From Amphiscolops sp. MND2022 (lineage: Eukaryota): a stretch of 64,000 nucleotides of DNA. The DNA lies in contig OZ076409.1 in the NCBI GenBank assembly GCA_964187785.1, forward strand, positions 37,264,001-37,328,000, read 5' to 3'. The translations under genes were made by a program, and so were the position numbers. Below the pieces are notes generated by a model. The model saw only the letters and a program-made list of their open reading frames with translations, was not told the origin of the DNA and ran no database searches. Numbering within the stretch: the stretch's first letter is position 1; every line of letters begins with the position of its first letter. Of the stretch, positions 62,050 through 64,000 are shown piece after piece.

Positions 62050-64000
62050 ACGAAATTGACACAACTCATTCCACTTGTTGAAAACTTTTTGTGAGTCTTA
62101 GGCGGGCCAGCGACTTGGTATCTGGTATACTTTTGTTGAAACAATCAAGTCTTCTAAAAACCAATTCGATCGAAATGTATGCAAACAAACCGGCGGACAA
62201 CTTAGTCAGAAATTAATGCTTGTTTGCTTGAGTGACAAACTAATCTCAAAAACACTTGTTTCTTTTGAAACGTGTAAGTTCTGCCACTCGCTCCAATTCT
62301 TCATTTCGTCTTTTGAATGCTTTTCCATGTTCTAGCAACCAATTCCAGACCGCATCCTTCTTTAGAATTGATCGAAATGGAAAACTAATTGATACTAAAT
62401 CTGGAACAAATTGGTTGAATTGATTTACTGCTCCGACGAACGATCTTATTTCTTTTGAATTCAATTGCCTGAGCTTTTCTGTCATTCCTTGCACTTTTGA
62501 AGTATTGTCCGAAATGCCTGAGCCTGTCAGTTTGAAAACAATCCACTCAATCTCATGCTTTGCGAAATTACTTTTTCCCGCCTTTTACTGTAATTCGGAC
62601 TCATCGGTTTTTAGACGTTCCCGCTCTTTGTCTATAAGTTTATAGTCGGCGCATTTTAGTAGAAAATGTGCCCGACTCTTACAGTGGGTAGTTTTTTAGA
62701 CGCGTAAGGTCCACTTTTTTGTTCATTTGTTCAACAACGTCAAACATCAACAACTTCGAACCTCAAAAACTCGAACCTCAAAAGCGCGTCCAAAACGAAA
62801 AGAAAAAACAAAACACGTGTAGAATTTCGTAATAACACTAAGGATCCCCCAAAGCCCTACTTTTTTTCGGCACTATGCGACTTTTTTTGAAACTTTTTGG
62901 ATTGCACCAAAGGGTCCCCCCTTCATTTGTTTCGATATTTTGCAACACAATGGATGTCAAAAAAATCCCAAAGAGTCCCCCCTTTTACATTTTTCGGCAC
63001 TGTGACACTGTTCGAAAATCTCATGTTTTACACTTTTTTGGGAAATATTTTCTAGTCCCCAAAGGGTCCCCCCTTCAAATTTTTTCATATTTTGCAACCA
63101 GCTGGAGTTCCACAAAGCCCAAAGGGCTTTTTACAATTTTGAGCCTTAGATATGGCGCCGACTGACTTTGGTCGTTCTCGGCTTGTTTCTTGGTTCTCTT
63201 AGTTACAATTGAAATATCATCAATGAAAACAAACACTGATAATCTAGCTAATGAAATGTCCATTACTTTTGAAATACTGTCGGCATACAGTCAGACCGTA
63301 AAAAATCCAGTGAAAAAACTATACGCAACCTAGATTCCACTCCAATACCTTAGAAGTTAGTATGTTTCCGGTCATTAGATGCAAGGAAACTTGGCCATAA
63401 GCATATGTCATGTTCAACCATGAATACCAAGCTTCTCCATTTTCACTATCCAACTCTGTCGCTACAATATCTCATAGTTTTTCCAGATTTGTCATATGGC
63501 ACTTACTTTTTCCTATTGCTTGGTTCAGAGCTCTGGTATCTAGTGCTATTTTTACCGAATCACTGTAATTACTGTAGCCTGAATGAACACGTAATCTTTT
63601 ATATGATTTACTTTTGTCTCTGGCAGTCTTTCAGCAATCGCTTTATTTCAGAATCTACAGCTTTTTGTAATTAGAATGGACTTCGTCTTCCATTTTTTGA
63701 GCAATTTTTGCGTCTTTCTTCAAGTTTAAATTCTCTTGATGGGGTTTTAAGTTTTAAATTTTCCATTCTTTTTGAACAATTTTTGGATTTCGTTTACAAA
63801 CTTATTGGTTTCTACTCAAAGTTCTTTGTCTTTCTTTATGGAATTAACATCTAGCTCACCTTCAATTGCTGGTTCAAATTTGCATCGCAGCGTGGACGCC
63901 ATGCCCTGCGGATAATTGACCTTGTTCCTTTTCCCGCTACTAGAATACTTGCCTTTTTGATCTATGTTTCACCCACTTGTAGCTCGGAGGATACATATCC
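62050..64000 (-). pseudogene. Decayed Gypsy pol (RT/RNase H) interrupted by a Helentron-like insertion
   Basis: Minus-strand remnants VKIALDTRALNQAI, MTYAYGQV, FVFIDDISIVTK and IRSFVGAVNQFNQFVPDL, with stops and frameshifts. Confidence 0.8.
62639..63187 (+). mobile_element. Helentron/DINE-1-like element inserted in the RT remnant
   Basis: TAGTCGGCGC..GCCCGACT 5' end; GCGCCGACT..CGGCTTGTT 3' end; TT junctions. Confidence 0.75.

Overview
AT-rich, repeat-dominated eukaryotic (probably invertebrate) DNA; I cannot determine the taxon, and I found no recognisable host gene. The first ~12.6 kb is the 3' part of an apparently intact, unusually large Ty3/Gypsy LTR retrotransposon. It carries an uninterrupted pol (PR, dUTPase-like insert, RT, RNase H, IN), an antisense five-exon gene (~1304 aa; BED-type zinc finger plus what looks like a catalytically dead hAT-transposase fold), a divergent orphan ORF, and a candidate 3' LTR that encodes a gag N-terminus. 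The main discovery is a 23-bp motif, GAC-N5-GTC-N5-GACGGCA. It occurs 14 times perfectly, plus once with one mismatch, on both strands of this element, mostly in non-coding or low-constraint positions; I did not see it in the other ~51 kb. Together with the element-encoded putative DNA-binding protein, this suggests a self-recognition (anti-silencing or transactivation) system. The rest of the window is decayed Gypsy copies, about ten non-autonomous Helentron/DINE-1-like elements, a CACTA-like element carrying satellite arrays with higher-order structure, a 3x 1.68-kb tandem triplication, other satellites, MITE-like foldbacks and palindromes. All observations were made by eye; no searches were run.
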